Below, one piece after another: positions 27,183 through 36,672 of a stretch of 64,000 nucleotides of DNA. The first letter of the stretch is position 1, and each line of letters starts with the position of its first letter. Source of the stretch: Thermoanaerobaculia bacterium (GTDB lineage: Bacteria > Acidobacteriota > Thermoanaerobaculia > Multivoradales > Multivoraceae); assembly GCA_963666565.1 (NCBI GenBank), contig OY762911.1, positions 2,112,001 through 2,176,000 on the forward strand, in the 5' to 3' direction. The position numbers were made by a program, and so were the translations under genes. Below the pieces are notes generated by a model. It did no database searches. It was not told the origin of the DNA and saw only the letters and a list, made by a program, of their open reading frames with translations.

Positions 27183-30100
27183 TCAGTCGAAGAGGTCGGA
27201 CTGGCCGGTGTCTTTCGCGTTGCGGGTCTTGCTGGCTTCGTCGGTGGGTGCGAGCCAGTCGTCGAAGCGGTGGAGGTCTTCGGCCACCTGGGACGTGGGG
27301 ATCTGGGGGCGGTCGGGGGGCCGGTCTTGGTGGCGCTGGTCGAGGTCGGCGCGAAGTCTACGGTAGCCATGCTCGCCGAGGAGGTTGCGGGCGTGGAGAT
27401 GGGTTTCGGCGCGGGCCTCTTCGGGGGGCTGGGCGAGTTGCCAGTCGTAGAAGCGGGGGCCGAGTTCGGCGGCGACGGGCTGGTGCGTGGTGGCGCGGTC
27501 GTCGTGACCGAGGTTGTAGTCGGCGAGGCGGAGGGTCTCGGGGAGGAGCCAGCCTTCGCCGTGGTTCTGGCTCATGAATGTCTGGATGCCGGCTTCGACG
27601 TCTCCGGCTGCGGTTTCGATGTGACGTTGGAGGTCTGCGAAGGCGACCTGGGCCAGGACGGTGTGGCGAAGCTCGGGGGACTTGTCTCGATCGACTCGCC
27701 AGAATCCCCTCGTGTCCAAGCGGTTCTGGTGGGATGACAGGGTCTTGATGCTCTCGCATGGCAGGTCGGTGTTGTGCAGAAGATGACGCAGGTCCGCGGC
27801 GTCGCATCCGAAAAGAGTGGTCGCGATTGCGTCGGCGATTGCGCGGAGGCGCAGCCGTTCTGCTGGGCACAGTGCGTCGCATGCGTTCAGGGGCCCCTGC
27901 TCCAAGCGGAGGGGTGCATACACCTTGGGGAACAGGTTGATCCGATTCGTGATCATCGCGAGAGCCTCGACGGTCCGTCTCCGGCCGTTGCTCTCCGGGG
28001 GGAGGGCGGTCTCCTGGAGAAGGTGCCAGGTGAGCGCGGCAGCGCCGAGCCGCCGCCGCGCCAGCCAGTCGAAGATGAAGCTGTTCAAGAGCGTTGCGGC
28101 CGCCGGGGTGTTGCTGGCTTTCAACTCGGCTTGAGCAGTGCTGAGAATGGGAACCTTGTGACCGCACGGAAACGGAGGTAGAACGGCACCGATGAACGAG
28201 CGGGCATCGGTGCTCCGGGACACCTCGCGATAGCCGATCTTCGCGTCTCTCGTTCTGAGTTCCTTCAGTGCGGTCTGGCTGTCCACAAGGTACTGCGGGT
28301 TCCAGACCAGCCTGCTCGGCGTGTTGTAGTCCCAGCTGGCTCGCAGTCCCGTGCCGCTCAGCCAGCCTCGGGCGCTTGGCATGAACGGTTGGATCATGAT
28401 TCCTTGGTACAGGGGCAAGGCCATGTCCTTGATGTCTGCCTCGCCGATCCATGCGTCGGCTTCTCTCGACAGGATGATGCCTTCGGGGATGGCGACCCTG
28501 GGCACTGGCAGCCGGTCGTAGGGCGCCTGGGCGCGGCGAACGTGCCAGTTCGTCTCTTGGAGGTCGCCGGGAGCGAGGAGGTGGCCATGGACGAACCGGC
28601 GTTCGGCTTGGCGGCGCTCCGGGCTGGCGTCGGAGTCGGGGAGCCAGTCTTCCAACTCGATGGCTGCGGGCTGAGGGCGGCCCGGGTCGATGCCGAGATC
28701 GGCCCACAGTCCTTCGATGGGTCGCCAGTTGCCGAGGAGCCAGCGGCTGTATTCGTCGGGTCGGTAGCCCATCGCTTCCCTTTGCGGGCGCGGGCGAAAG
28801 AGCGCGGAATCGCTCGTCATATTGAAGTGGCCTTGGGCGAAGCGGATGCCCCAGCCGTCGGGGCCTTCGTCGCCCAAGAGGACGGAGTTCGCGTAGATCT
28901 TCTCGAGGATCTCCAGGTCGCGCCGTGACTCGATCTCCAAGATCGCGCGGCTCGTCGGGCTGAACTGGCGAACTTGTTCGCGGCTGTAGAGGACGGCTAT
29001 GTCGTCCGCCCGCTCCCAGTCGATCAGGTCTCGGCGCATGAAGGTGGCGCGGATCGCTGATGTCTCGCCGCCCTTCTCGATGATGACCGGGTTGAACTTG
29101 AAGCGGCTGTCGATCGGGAAGAGCTTCGCCCGATTCTCGAAGCTGAACAGCCACTCCCAGCGGCAGCGATCAAGAAACAACTCCCGGAGGGGCTGGGTGC
29201 CTTGGTCGGAGTAGAGACCTGCCGGGACGATGAAGCCGAGCCGGCCTCCGCCGGCAAGCAGGGCGTGAGCGGCTTCCAGGAACAACTTGTAGGTGTAGGC
29301 CTTCCCCTTTCCGCGGTGGACGTAGGGGTGTTCCGGGTCGCTGAAGCCGGTTGTGCGGCGTCGAGCCTCGCGCCAGCGCTCATGGAGGTGCGCGTTCGGG
29401 CGGCGACGGGCGAGGGCGAATCGGTCGGCACTCGTGTCGCTTGTGTCCGGGTCGCCGAAGGGCCTGCCCGCGAGCTTCATCCAGTTGGAGAAACTGGCAA
29501 AGCGGCCGTTGTAGTCGAGCCAGTCGCTCTCGGTGGCGGCCGTCTTGAAGTAGCCGGTCTGGTGTCGCAGCGCTTTCTGCTTTCCGTAGGACCGGTAGAG
29601 CGGGTCGATGTTCGAGAAGTACTCCATCGAACTCGGTTGAAGGGTCTCCCACGGCGGGTTGCCCAGCATCGCGTCGAAGCCGGCGCTAGGCGCGCGGAAC
29701 ACGTCCGGGAACTCCAGTTCCCAGTGGAAGAAGCGCATCTCGGCGGCGACGCGGGCGGCCGCGGCGCGGGTTTCGGGCGGCGGGTCGGCAAAGGTGGTGG
29801 GCAGGGGCGCGGAGTCCAGTTCGTCGGCGGGCCAGAACCAGCAGGCGCACCACAGGTCCATCGCCTGCTTGAGGGAGCGCCACTCTCTGGAGCCGCGCAG
29901 TTCTTCGCGGTAGAGGCGGGCGCGGGCGGCGGAGTCCTGGATCGGCAGGCGGTGCATGCGCTCCAGGGACTCGAGCGCCTGGCGGTGGACGGCGGCCGCC
30001 CGGTCGAGCAGGTCCTCGTGGAACAGGGTGCGGCCCTCCAGGACGTGGCGGAGGTCCGGGGTCAGTTCGTCCTTGACGAAGGCCTTGATCGCCCTGGTCC

Positions 30101-32750
30101 GCGCGCCCTTGGCGTGGTGGACGCCGTTCGAGTGGGTCTTGTCGCCGCCTTCGCGGTTCTTCCAGGCCATCGCGGGGTAGTGCTGGAACTGGTCGAACCA
30201 GGCGCCGACGAGGGAGTTGCCGCAGCGGATCTTGTGGTCGAGGAAGGAGAAGGGGAGGTCGCGGTCCATCGTCTCGATCCACAGGGAGAGCTGGCAGAGG
30301 GAGACGGCGAGCGGGTCGAGATCGACGCCGTAGATGCAGCGTTCGACGACGTAGCGGCGGAGCACGGCCTTGAGGCGCGGCTCGAAGTCGGGGGCGGCGG
30401 GCGGGCAGGGGATGAGTTCGTCGCCGGGGCGTTCGAGGGCGTCTCCGCCCAGGCCGAGGAGGCGGACCAGGGCGCGGCTGCCGTGTTCTTCGATTCGCTT
30501 GTGATGCTGAACGGAGGCGTAGAGGGCGTCGGTAAGGAAGCGCAGCGCGGCGAGAGGGAAGCTGCCGGAGCCGCAGGCGGGGTCGCAGACCTTGAGGCTC
30601 AGGATGTCTTCGGGCGGCTTGGGGGTCCACTCGGCGGCGGGGGCGTCGCGGTCGGGCTGGCCGCCCTTGCCGGCCGGCGGGTCCCAGGCGAGGGGGCGCA
30701 GGGTGCGCTGGACGGTGGGGACGGTGAGGCCGGGGCGGGTGTAGAAGCTGCCGGAGCCCTTGCGGGTGCCGCCCCAGCGGACGAGGTACCACTCGCCGGG
30801 AAGGACGACGCGGCTGACAAGGCTGGCGGCGCGTTTGGCGAGTTCCTGTTCGTGGGCCTGCTGGCCGAAGAGGGACGCGGACTGCGATCTGGAGCGGCGG
30901 GGCTTCTTGACGAGGCCGGCGGCGAGGGCGGCGTGGCGGGCCCAGGTTTCGGCGCGGGTGCGGGTGGTTTGGCGGGGGTCCTGGGTGGGGTCGCCGGGGT
31001 GCGGCTCGGGCTCGTCGCTTCGCGACTTCGCGTCCGATGCGGACCGGAAGGTCCGCGCACCCAGAGAATGGGCGTCGGTGTCGGTGGTGTTCTCTACTGG
31101 GGTTGCGGGTGTGTCGTTGCGGGCGGGTGCGGATTCGGCGGCGCCGGTCTTCTTGAAGGCGGCGAAGAGGCTGCGGAGGGCCTTGTCGTCCATGGCCTCC
31201 AGGCGGGACAGGGGCAGGGCGGGTTGTTCGCCGACGGCGAGGAAGATGACCGGGTCGTCGCTGGGGGCGGTCTTCAGTTCGTAGTCGAGCAGGCCCTCGT
31301 AGAGGACGCCGATGTACTCGGTGGAGAGGTCGGAGAAGTTGACGGGCGCGGACACCAGGTGGCTGGCCTTGCCCTGGCGGATGCGGACGTGGGTTCGGGT
31401 GAGGCGTTCCAGGAGGTCGTGGACCTGGGCGTCGGACAGCACTTCCTCGCGCAGGCAGGCGGTCTCGAACGTGGCCAGCGCCCTGGAGAGGCCGTCGCCC
31501 TCGCCGGCCGAGCCGGCAGCGAGCGGGTCGCCGCCGCCGGTGCCGGGCGCGCCGCGTGCGAAGTCGCCGTTGTCGCCGGGCGAGGCGGACGCGGGAGCGC
31601 CGCCATCGGCGCCGGTCGAGCCGGGCGCGAACAGGTCGCCGCCGTAGGCGGGCACGGGCAGTTCGGGGTGATGCGATCCTTCGCGCACCAGCTTGAACAG
31701 GGCCAGCAGCCGCGGCCAGGCGCCGTGGCTGTGAGCCTGCAGGCGGCCGGAGGCGGCGCGGCGCTTGAGCGCTTCGTGCAGGCCGCCCAGGCCGTAGCCG
31801 GCGTCGTACACGGCATCGTCCCGCGGCAGGAGTCCCCGCGCCTCGGCGAACAGGATGACGACGAGCCGCATGACGACGCGGCAGGCGGCGCGGTAGATGT
31901 CGGCGGGATCGACGGCCGCGCAGTCGCGCTTCAGCGCTTCGCCGTGGCCCTGGATCAGCAGTTCGACGGCCTCGCGCACCCGCTCGCCGAGCGACTCGGA
32001 GAGTTCGGACTGGCCCTTGCGGCTGTCGCGGACCGCGCGCAGCAGCGGCGGCTCGGCACCGTCTTCGTCCGGCGTCCACAGGGACGGCCGGATCAGGGTG
32101 GCCAGCGCTCGCAGCGCGGGCGTTGGCGCGCCGTCGGCGAACCAGAGGTCGGCGTCCCACTCGCACCAGGCGTCGAAGTCGAGGCCGGCGAACAGCAGCC
32201 GCCACTGGCGCCCGTTCGTGACCAGGGCGAGGCGCTCGGGGCCGGCGCGCAGCCAGCCGAGCACGCGGCTCGTCTCGCGCCGGCCGCGGCCGATGCCGAC
32301 GCGCTTGTCGGCCGTGACGAAGACGGGCAGAGCGGCACCGTTCGGGCCGAGCCAGAGCTGGCGCGGGCGGACGCTCTCGCCGGTGAGGGCGCGACGGCGC
32401 CAGTCGGCTGGGACGCGGGCGCCGCGCAGCCACGAGCCGGCGGTGGGGCTGCGGCCGGAGCCGCCATCGCCGCCGTCGCCGCCGTCCTTCCCGAAGCCGC
32501 CCTCGTTCTCGAAGCTGCCCTGGTGCCCGAAGCCGCAGAGGCGTTCCAGCACGAAGGCGACGAAGTCCGGCGCTTCGCGGCGCAGCCGGGCGGAGTCCGC
32601 GCCGCGCAGCAGTTCGGAGCGCCGCCGGAGTTCGCTCTGCAGCCAGGCGCCGGGTGGGGGAGGCGCCGGCAGGGCGGCGATCTCGCTCTGCCGCTGCGCG
32701 TCGAGCAGCAGGCCGCCGTGGCGCAGGTCGTTCCAGCCCGGCAGGCTCAC
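27183..32750 (-). CDS. Giant Eco57I/type IIG-like N6-adenine DNA methyltransferase (DrmMI-like, 1855 aa)
   Basis: GTG 32750 overlaps the SNF2 stop (GTGA); LVTNGRQWRL, IGVLYEGLL, RKGSGSFYT (motif X), VCDPACGSGSF (motif I), IYGVDLDP, FFHWELEFPDVF, GFDAMLGNPPW (motif IV). Confidence 0.92.
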   Translation of the reverse strand: MSLPGWNDLRHGGLLLDAQRQSEIAALPAPPPPGAWLQSELRRRSELLRGADSARLRREAPDFVAFVLERLCGFGHQGSFENEGGFGKDGGDGGDGGSGRSPTAGSWLRGARVPADWRRRALTGESVRPRQLWLGPNGAALPVFVTADKRVGIGRGRRETSRVLGWLRAGPERLALVTNGRQWRLLFAGLDFDAWCEWDADLWFADGAPTPALRALATLIRPSLWTPDEDGAEPPLLRAVRDSRKGQSELSESLGERVREAVELLIQGHGEALKRDCAAVDPADIYRAACRVVMRLVVILFAEARGLLPRDDAVYDAGYGLGGLHEALKRRAASGRLQAHSHGAWPRLLALFKLVREGSHHPELPVPAYGGDLFAPGSTGADGGAPASASPGDNGDFARGAPGTGGGDPLAAGSAGEGDGLSRALATFETACLREEVLSDAQVHDLLERLTRTHVRIRQGKASHLVSAPVNFSDLSTEYIGVLYEGLLDYELKTAPSDDPVIFLAVGEQPALPLSRLEAMDDKALRSLFAAFKKTGAAESAPARNDTPATPVENTTDTDAHSLGARTFRSASDAKSRSDEPEPHPGDPTQDPRQTTRTRAETWARHAALAAGLVKKPRRSRSQSASLFGQQAHEQELAKRAASLVSRVVLPGEWYLVRWGGTRKGSGSFYTRPGLTVPTVQRTLRPLAWDPPAGKGGQPDRDAPAAEWTPKPPEDILSLKVCDPACGSGSFPLAALRFLTDALYASVQHHKRIEEHGSRALVRLLGLGGDALERPGDELIPCPPAAPDFEPRLKAVLRRYVVERCIYGVDLDPLAVSLCQLSLWIETMDRDLPFSFLDHKIRCGNSLVGAWFDQFQHYPAMAWKNREGGDKTHSNGVHHAKGARTRAIKAFVKDELTPDLRHVLEGRTLFHEDLLDRAAAVHRQALESLERMHRLPIQDSAARARLYREELRGSREWRSLKQAMDLWCACWFWPADELDSAPLPTTFADPPPETRAAAARVAAEMRFFHWELEFPDVFRAPSAGFDAMLGNPPWETLQPSSMEYFSNIDPLYRSYGKQKALRHQTGYFKTAATESDWLDYNGRFASFSNWMKLAGRPFGDPDTSDTSADRFALARRRPNAHLHERWREARRRTTGFSDPEHPYVHRGKGKAYTYKLFLEAAHALLAGGGRLGFIVPAGLYSDQGTQPLRELFLDRCRWEWLFSFENRAKLFPIDSRFKFNPVIIEKGGETSAIRATFMRRDLIDWERADDIAVLYSREQVRQFSPTSRAILEIESRRDLEILEKIYANSVLLGDEGPDGWGIRFAQGHFNMTSDSALFRPRPQREAMGYRPDEYSRWLLGNWRPIEGLWADLGIDPGRPQPAAIELEDWLPDSDASPERRQAERRFVHGHLLAPGDLQETNWHVRRAQAPYDRLPVPRVAIPEGIILSREADAWIGEADIKDMALPLYQGIMIQPFMPSARGWLSGTGLRASWDYNTPSRLVWNPQYLVDSQTALKELRTRDAKIGYREVSRSTDARSFIGAVLPPFPCGHKVPILSTAQAELKASNTPAAATLLNSFIFDWLARRRLGAAALTWHLLQETALPPESNGRRRTVEALAMITNRINLFPKVYAPLRLEQGPLNACDALCPAERLRLRAIADAIATTLFGCDAADLRHLLHNTDLPCESIKTLSSHQNRLDTRGFWRVDRDKSPELRHTVLAQVAFADLQRHIETAAGDVEAGIQTFMSQNHGEGWLLPETLRLADYNLGHDDRATTHQPVAAELGPRFYDWQLAQPPEEARAETHLHARNLLGEHGYRRLRADLDQRHQDRPPDRPQIPTSQVAEDLHRFDDWLAPTDEASKTRNAKDTGQSDLFD
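31009..31064. repeat. REP-like palindrome inserted in frame inside the methyltransferase gene
   Basis: GCGGACC-GGAA-GGTCCGC-GCACCCAG (31039-31064) has the architecture of the intergenic GCGGGTC-AGAA-GACCCGC-GCACCCAG repeats; 31009-31026 is the exact reverse complement of 54235-54252. Confidence 0.7.
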
Positions 32751-35700
32751 GGCAGCCGCACCTCGGCGGTCACCGGGAACGCCTGCGCTTCGCCGGCGAG
32801 GGCGTGCCGCTTCGGGAGCAGGTGCTCGACGATCCGCTTGCGCTCCCGCTCCAGTTGCTCGCGCGCCTCCTCGTAGTGGCGGCGGCGGCGCTCGATCTCG
32901 CGCTCCTTCTCCTGGATCGAGTCGGCTATCCGGTCGAGGTCGCGGCGCTGGTCGAAGAGACGGCCCTGCGCGAGCGAGCGGCGGAGCGTCTCGATCTCGC
33001 GCCCGAGCCGCTTGACGCTCTGCTTCTCGATCAGCTCGGAGACCTCGCCCTGGCGACTGCGGTAGCGCTCGTTCGCGTCCTGCCGGGCCCTGTCGCCGTC
33101 GGCGCGCAACTGTGCGCGGAGCGAGCCGGTCAGTTCCCGGGCGTGGCGGGTGACCGCGGCTTCCAGGTCGGGCTCGACGTGGAGGAAGATCTCCCGCGCC
33201 CGTTCCCGTTCGGCCCGCGTCGGCGCCGGCGCCGACGGGCCGGTCGGTCCCTGCGCTGCCGGGCCGGCTGGCGCGCCGTGTGCGCTTTGCGCCAGGCGGC
33301 GGGCCGGCACGTGCGCCAGGGGCGCCTCCAGGGCGCCGCCTCTCACCGGAAGGGTCAGCGTCCGCACCCAGTGGTGGAAGGTCTCGCGCAGTTCGTTGAC
33401 CGCCAGTTCCTCCAGGCTGAGGAGGATGAGGGCGTCCAGGCCGCGCGGCACGCCGCCCCGCCGGACGGTCCAGCGCGGCGCTTCGGAGGATCCCGGCAGG
33501 CGGCGCAGGGTCAGGGTCCGCAGGGCGCGTTCGATCAACGGATGGGCCAGATGCAGCAGGGCGACTTCGGGGCGCGGCGAGAACACGGCGCGGCCGCCGA
33601 TTCGCTGCAGCAGGGAGTCCGCGTCGAAGGCGAGGCGTCGGGCGGGGCCGGTCGCGCCGCCGGGCGCCGGAATCCGCAGCGATTCGTCGATCGTGTCGCG
33701 CCAGCCGGGGAGGTCGGGGTGCAGAAGCCGCCAGAAGTCGCCGGCGCCGTTCGTCTCGCCGGCGGCGGGGCCTGGAACGCGGTCGAGTTGCGGCCGGCCG
33801 GCGCCGGGCGTCGTTGCCATCGCCGTCTCCAGCGTCTGCCTGAGGGCGGCCGGGTGGAAGTCGATCTCGCGAGCGAGTTGCCGGAGCAGGGCGCCCGGTT
33901 CGCCGTTGGACCGGCGTCCTGAGCCGGATGCGGCCGGGATGCCCGCGCTTGCGGCGTCGGAGGCGCCGCTGGCGGTTGCCGGGCCGTTGGCGCGCTCGGG
34001 GTCGGACGCGCTGCCGGAGCTTCCGGTCCCGGCGGCGCCGAAGAGGCCGGGGATTCCCTGGTCGCGGACGCGCTCCCGTTCCCGCGTGAGCCCGTGTTCC
34101 AGCTCGAACTCGACTCTCGCCGGATCCGCGCCCTCGACCAGCCGCCGGTGGGCGGCGGTGTCGAACAGTTCGTTCACCGATCCGAGGTCCTCGCGGATCT
34201 CGTTCGCCTTGCCGATGACGTAGTCGAGGAACTTCAGGTCCGGATCGTCGTCGCTCAGGAAGTGGTGCACGGTCACGTCGCGGGCCTGGCCGTAGCGGTC
34301 GAGGCGGCCGTTGCGCTGCTCCAGCCGGGAGGGGTTCCACGGGCAGTCGTAGTGCAGGAGATAGCGCGCGCTCCGGTGCAGGTTCAGTCCCTCCGACGCG
34401 GCGTCGGTTGCCACCAGGATGCGCACGGCGGAGTCGGGGTCGTTGAAGGCCTCGCGGACGCGGTCGCGCGCGGCGTCGTCCATGCCGCCCTTGCCGCCGG
34501 AACCGAACAGGGTCAACACGCGGGGTCCGGAGTCGCCGCCGGCGGCGTGGCCGGACGACTCGTACCGTTCCCGCAGCCGGCGCTCGAGGTAGTCGAGGGT
34601 CGTCTTGTACTCGGTGAAGACGACGAGACGTTCGTCGTCGCGGAAGGCTGGCGCTTCGCCGGGCGCGCCTGGGAGCGACGTCGCCGGTCCGGCCGTGCGG
34701 GAGGTGCGCGGCGCGTGGTCGGGCGCGCCGGGCAGAAGCAGGCGCCGCTCGACCAGGTCGGTCAGGGCGTCGAAGCGGGCGTCGACCGTCGGGTCCTGTT
34801 CGACCGCGGGCGGGCCGCCGGCAGCGAAGCCGAGATCGGCCAGAGCGGCGTCGATGGCGGTCATCTCGGCTTCCACCGAGTCCGCAACATTGCGCAGCCA
34901 GCCACCGACGACGCCGGCCGCCGTGCCGGTGCGCTGCTCGGTCTCGCGGTCGTCGGAGGTCTCGCGCTCGACGGAGCGCTTCGCCGCCGCGACATCCGCG
35001 TCCGTTGCGGCGTCCGCGGCCTGCCCGGCGCGCGCGTAGCCGTCGCGGGTCCGTCGCCAGGAATCGGCGAAGGCGGTCGGGCAGGAGAGCAGGCGCTTGC
35101 CGAGGATCTCGATCGCGAAGGTGCCTGCCCGCTCGCCGGCGTCGCCGGCCGCGATGGCGCCGCGGACCGCGGTGCGGAAGGCGTCGAAGGCGGCGGACAG
35201 AGCGTCCTCCCGCCGGTCGCGGTGGAGCAGCAGGGGCGCCGGCGGCTTGCGCTCGCAGAAGCGGGGCGAAGCGCTCCGGCGGTTCAGTTCGCGCTTGAGA
35301 CGGCGGACGACGAGCTGGCCGGCTCGGCGCCGCTGGACGTCGGTCAGTTCGTCGGTCTGGCTGAACCGCACGGGGTCGAGAATCTCCAGCAGGCCGGTGA
35401 ACGAGCGCGTGTGGCCGTTGTGCGGCGTGGCCGAGAGGAAGATCCGGTGCTCGAAGCACGGGGCGATGCGGCGCAGCATGTGGCACAGCTCGCTGTCGTC
35501 GCCGAAGGGCGAGGGCATCAGGTTGTGGCACTCGTCGACGATCAGGAGGTCCCAAGGCAGGTGAGGCGAGTCGTCGCGGGTGCGGCTGGCGGAAAGGAAC
35601 TGCTCCTGGATGTCGGGCTGGCGCAGGTAGTGGTACGAGGCGACGATGCGGCTGAACGAGCGCCAGGGGTTCGCGTCGATGCCCAGGTCGCGGCGCAGGC

Positions 35701-36376
35701 TCTCGGTGCGTGTGCGGTCGACAACCTCGAACGGCAGCGCGAACTTGTCGCGGAGCTCGTCCCGCCACTGCAGGCGCAGCGCCGCCGGCGCCAGCACGAG
35801 CACCCGGCGGATGCGCCGGCGCAGCAGGAGCTCCTTGAGGATGAGGCCCGCTTCGACCGTCTTGCCGAGGCCGACGTCGTCGGCGATCAGCAGGTTGACG
35901 CGGGGCATTTGCAGTGCCCGCAGGAGCGGTTCGAGCTGGTAGTCCTCGACCCGGATGCCGCTGTGCAGGGGGCTCGACACCGGCTGGCGGTCGAGCGGGC
36001 CCTCGCCGTCCGGGTCGAGGTACGGCATGAGCGCCGTCCAGCGCGCGGCCCGCAGCAGGGCGTCGAAGTCCTCGCCCGGCATCGGCTCGCCGTCGCGGAC
36101 CCGGGGCAGCCGGCTCGGTTCGAGCAGTTCGCGCCCCGGTTCGAGTTCCCAGAGGAGGCGCTCGCTGTGCGGCGCGTCGTGGTCCTTGTAGTCGACCTGC
36201 ACGAGGTGCAGCCGACCCGCGTCGTCGCCGTGGGGATTGTCGTACGGACTGACCGAAGCCACGATGCCGCGCCGGTTGCGAACCCTGGCCAGCATGCCGA
36301 CGCGGGGGATGGATGGCGGTGCTGGCGACGGCAGGTGCTCGCTCGCTTCCTGGCCGTCAGGCGTTGCGCAGGACAT
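32747..36376 (-). CDS. drmD: SNF2-family helicase, DISARM DrmD-like (1209 aa)
   Basis: EDYQLEPL, MPRVNLLIADDVGLGKTVEAG, IVDECH, LSATPHNG, VVFTEYKTT, ATDAASEGLNL, WNPSRLEQRNGRLDRYGQ; C-terminal coiled coil. Exact start uncertain. Confidence 0.9.
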   Translation of the reverse strand: MSCATPDGQEASEHLPSPAPPSIPRVGMLARVRNRRGIVASVSPYDNPHGDDAGRLHLVQVDYKDHDAPHSERLLWELEPGRELLEPSRLPRVRDGEPMPGEDFDALLRAARWTALMPYLDPDGEGPLDRQPVSSPLHSGIRVEDYQLEPLLRALQMPRVNLLIADDVGLGKTVEAGLILKELLLRRRIRRVLVLAPAALRLQWRDELRDKFALPFEVVDRTRTESLRRDLGIDANPWRSFSRIVASYHYLRQPDIQEQFLSASRTRDDSPHLPWDLLIVDECHNLMPSPFGDDSELCHMLRRIAPCFEHRIFLSATPHNGHTRSFTGLLEILDPVRFSQTDELTDVQRRRAGQLVVRRLKRELNRRSASPRFCERKPPAPLLLHRDRREDALSAAFDAFRTAVRGAIAAGDAGERAGTFAIEILGKRLLSCPTAFADSWRRTRDGYARAGQAADAATDADVAAAKRSVERETSDDRETEQRTGTAAGVVGGWLRNVADSVEAEMTAIDAALADLGFAAGGPPAVEQDPTVDARFDALTDLVERRLLLPGAPDHAPRTSRTAGPATSLPGAPGEAPAFRDDERLVVFTEYKTTLDYLERRLRERYESSGHAAGGDSGPRVLTLFGSGGKGGMDDAARDRVREAFNDPDSAVRILVATDAASEGLNLHRSARYLLHYDCPWNPSRLEQRNGRLDRYGQARDVTVHHFLSDDDPDLKFLDYVIGKANEIREDLGSVNELFDTAAHRRLVEGADPARVEFELEHGLTRERERVRDQGIPGLFGAAGTGSSGSASDPERANGPATASGASDAASAGIPAASGSGRRSNGEPGALLRQLAREIDFHPAALRQTLETAMATTPGAGRPQLDRVPGPAAGETNGAGDFWRLLHPDLPGWRDTIDESLRIPAPGGATGPARRLAFDADSLLQRIGGRAVFSPRPEVALLHLAHPLIERALRTLTLRRLPGSSEAPRWTVRRGGVPRGLDALILLSLEELAVNELRETFHHWVRTLTLPVRGGALEAPLAHVPARRLAQSAHGAPAGPAAQGPTGPSAPAPTRAERERAREIFLHVEPDLEAAVTRHARELTGSLRAQLRADGDRARQDANERYRSRQGEVSELIEKQSVKRLGREIETLRRSLAQGRLFDQRRDLDRIADSIQEKEREIERRRRHYEEAREQLERERKRIVEHLLPKRHALAGEAQAFPVTAEVRLP

Positions 36377-36641
36377 GGCCGGCGCCGGGCATCACGTCGT
36401 CTATCCCCTTGCCGGTGGCCTGGAGGTATAGGGCGTCGGGGCACAGTTCCACGTCATCCCCCCACACGATGGCGCCGTGCTCGGCTACGCGAACCGCTTT
36501 GAAGACGTCCGCGGCGTCCCAGCAGCGGAAGACGCCCCTTCCGGCAAGGCGGGAGAGGTCGACGACTCCCTCCGCACCGTCGGAGAAGCGGAGCCAGAGC
36601 CTGAAGCCGCTGCGCGGTCTGACTTCGATTGGTCGAGTCAT
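36357..36641 (-). CDS. DUF2442 domain protein (antitoxin-like, 94 aa)
   Basis: FRLWLRFSDGAEGVVDL...GAIVWGDDVELCPDALY. Confidence 0.85.
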   Translation of the reverse strand: MTRPIEVRPRSGFRLWLRFSDGAEGVVDLSRLAGRGVFRCWDAADVFKAVRVAEHGAIVWGDDVELCPDALYLQATGKGIDDVMPGAGHVLRNA

Positions 36642-36672
36642 CGGTTGAGCGTCGCGATCCTATCGCCCGCGT

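Noticed and set aside
27183-35768. 2861-aa ORF as one giant protein
   Set aside because: The first 1006 or so residues are Arg/Pro junk overlapping the SNF2 gene in another frame; the real gene starts at GTG 32750.
27183-36376. Complete canonical DISARM class 1 system
   Set aside because: No separate drmA, drmB or drmC (PLD) genes follow the MTase in this window; only one large helicase is seen 22.5 kb away, and its downstream context is outside the window.
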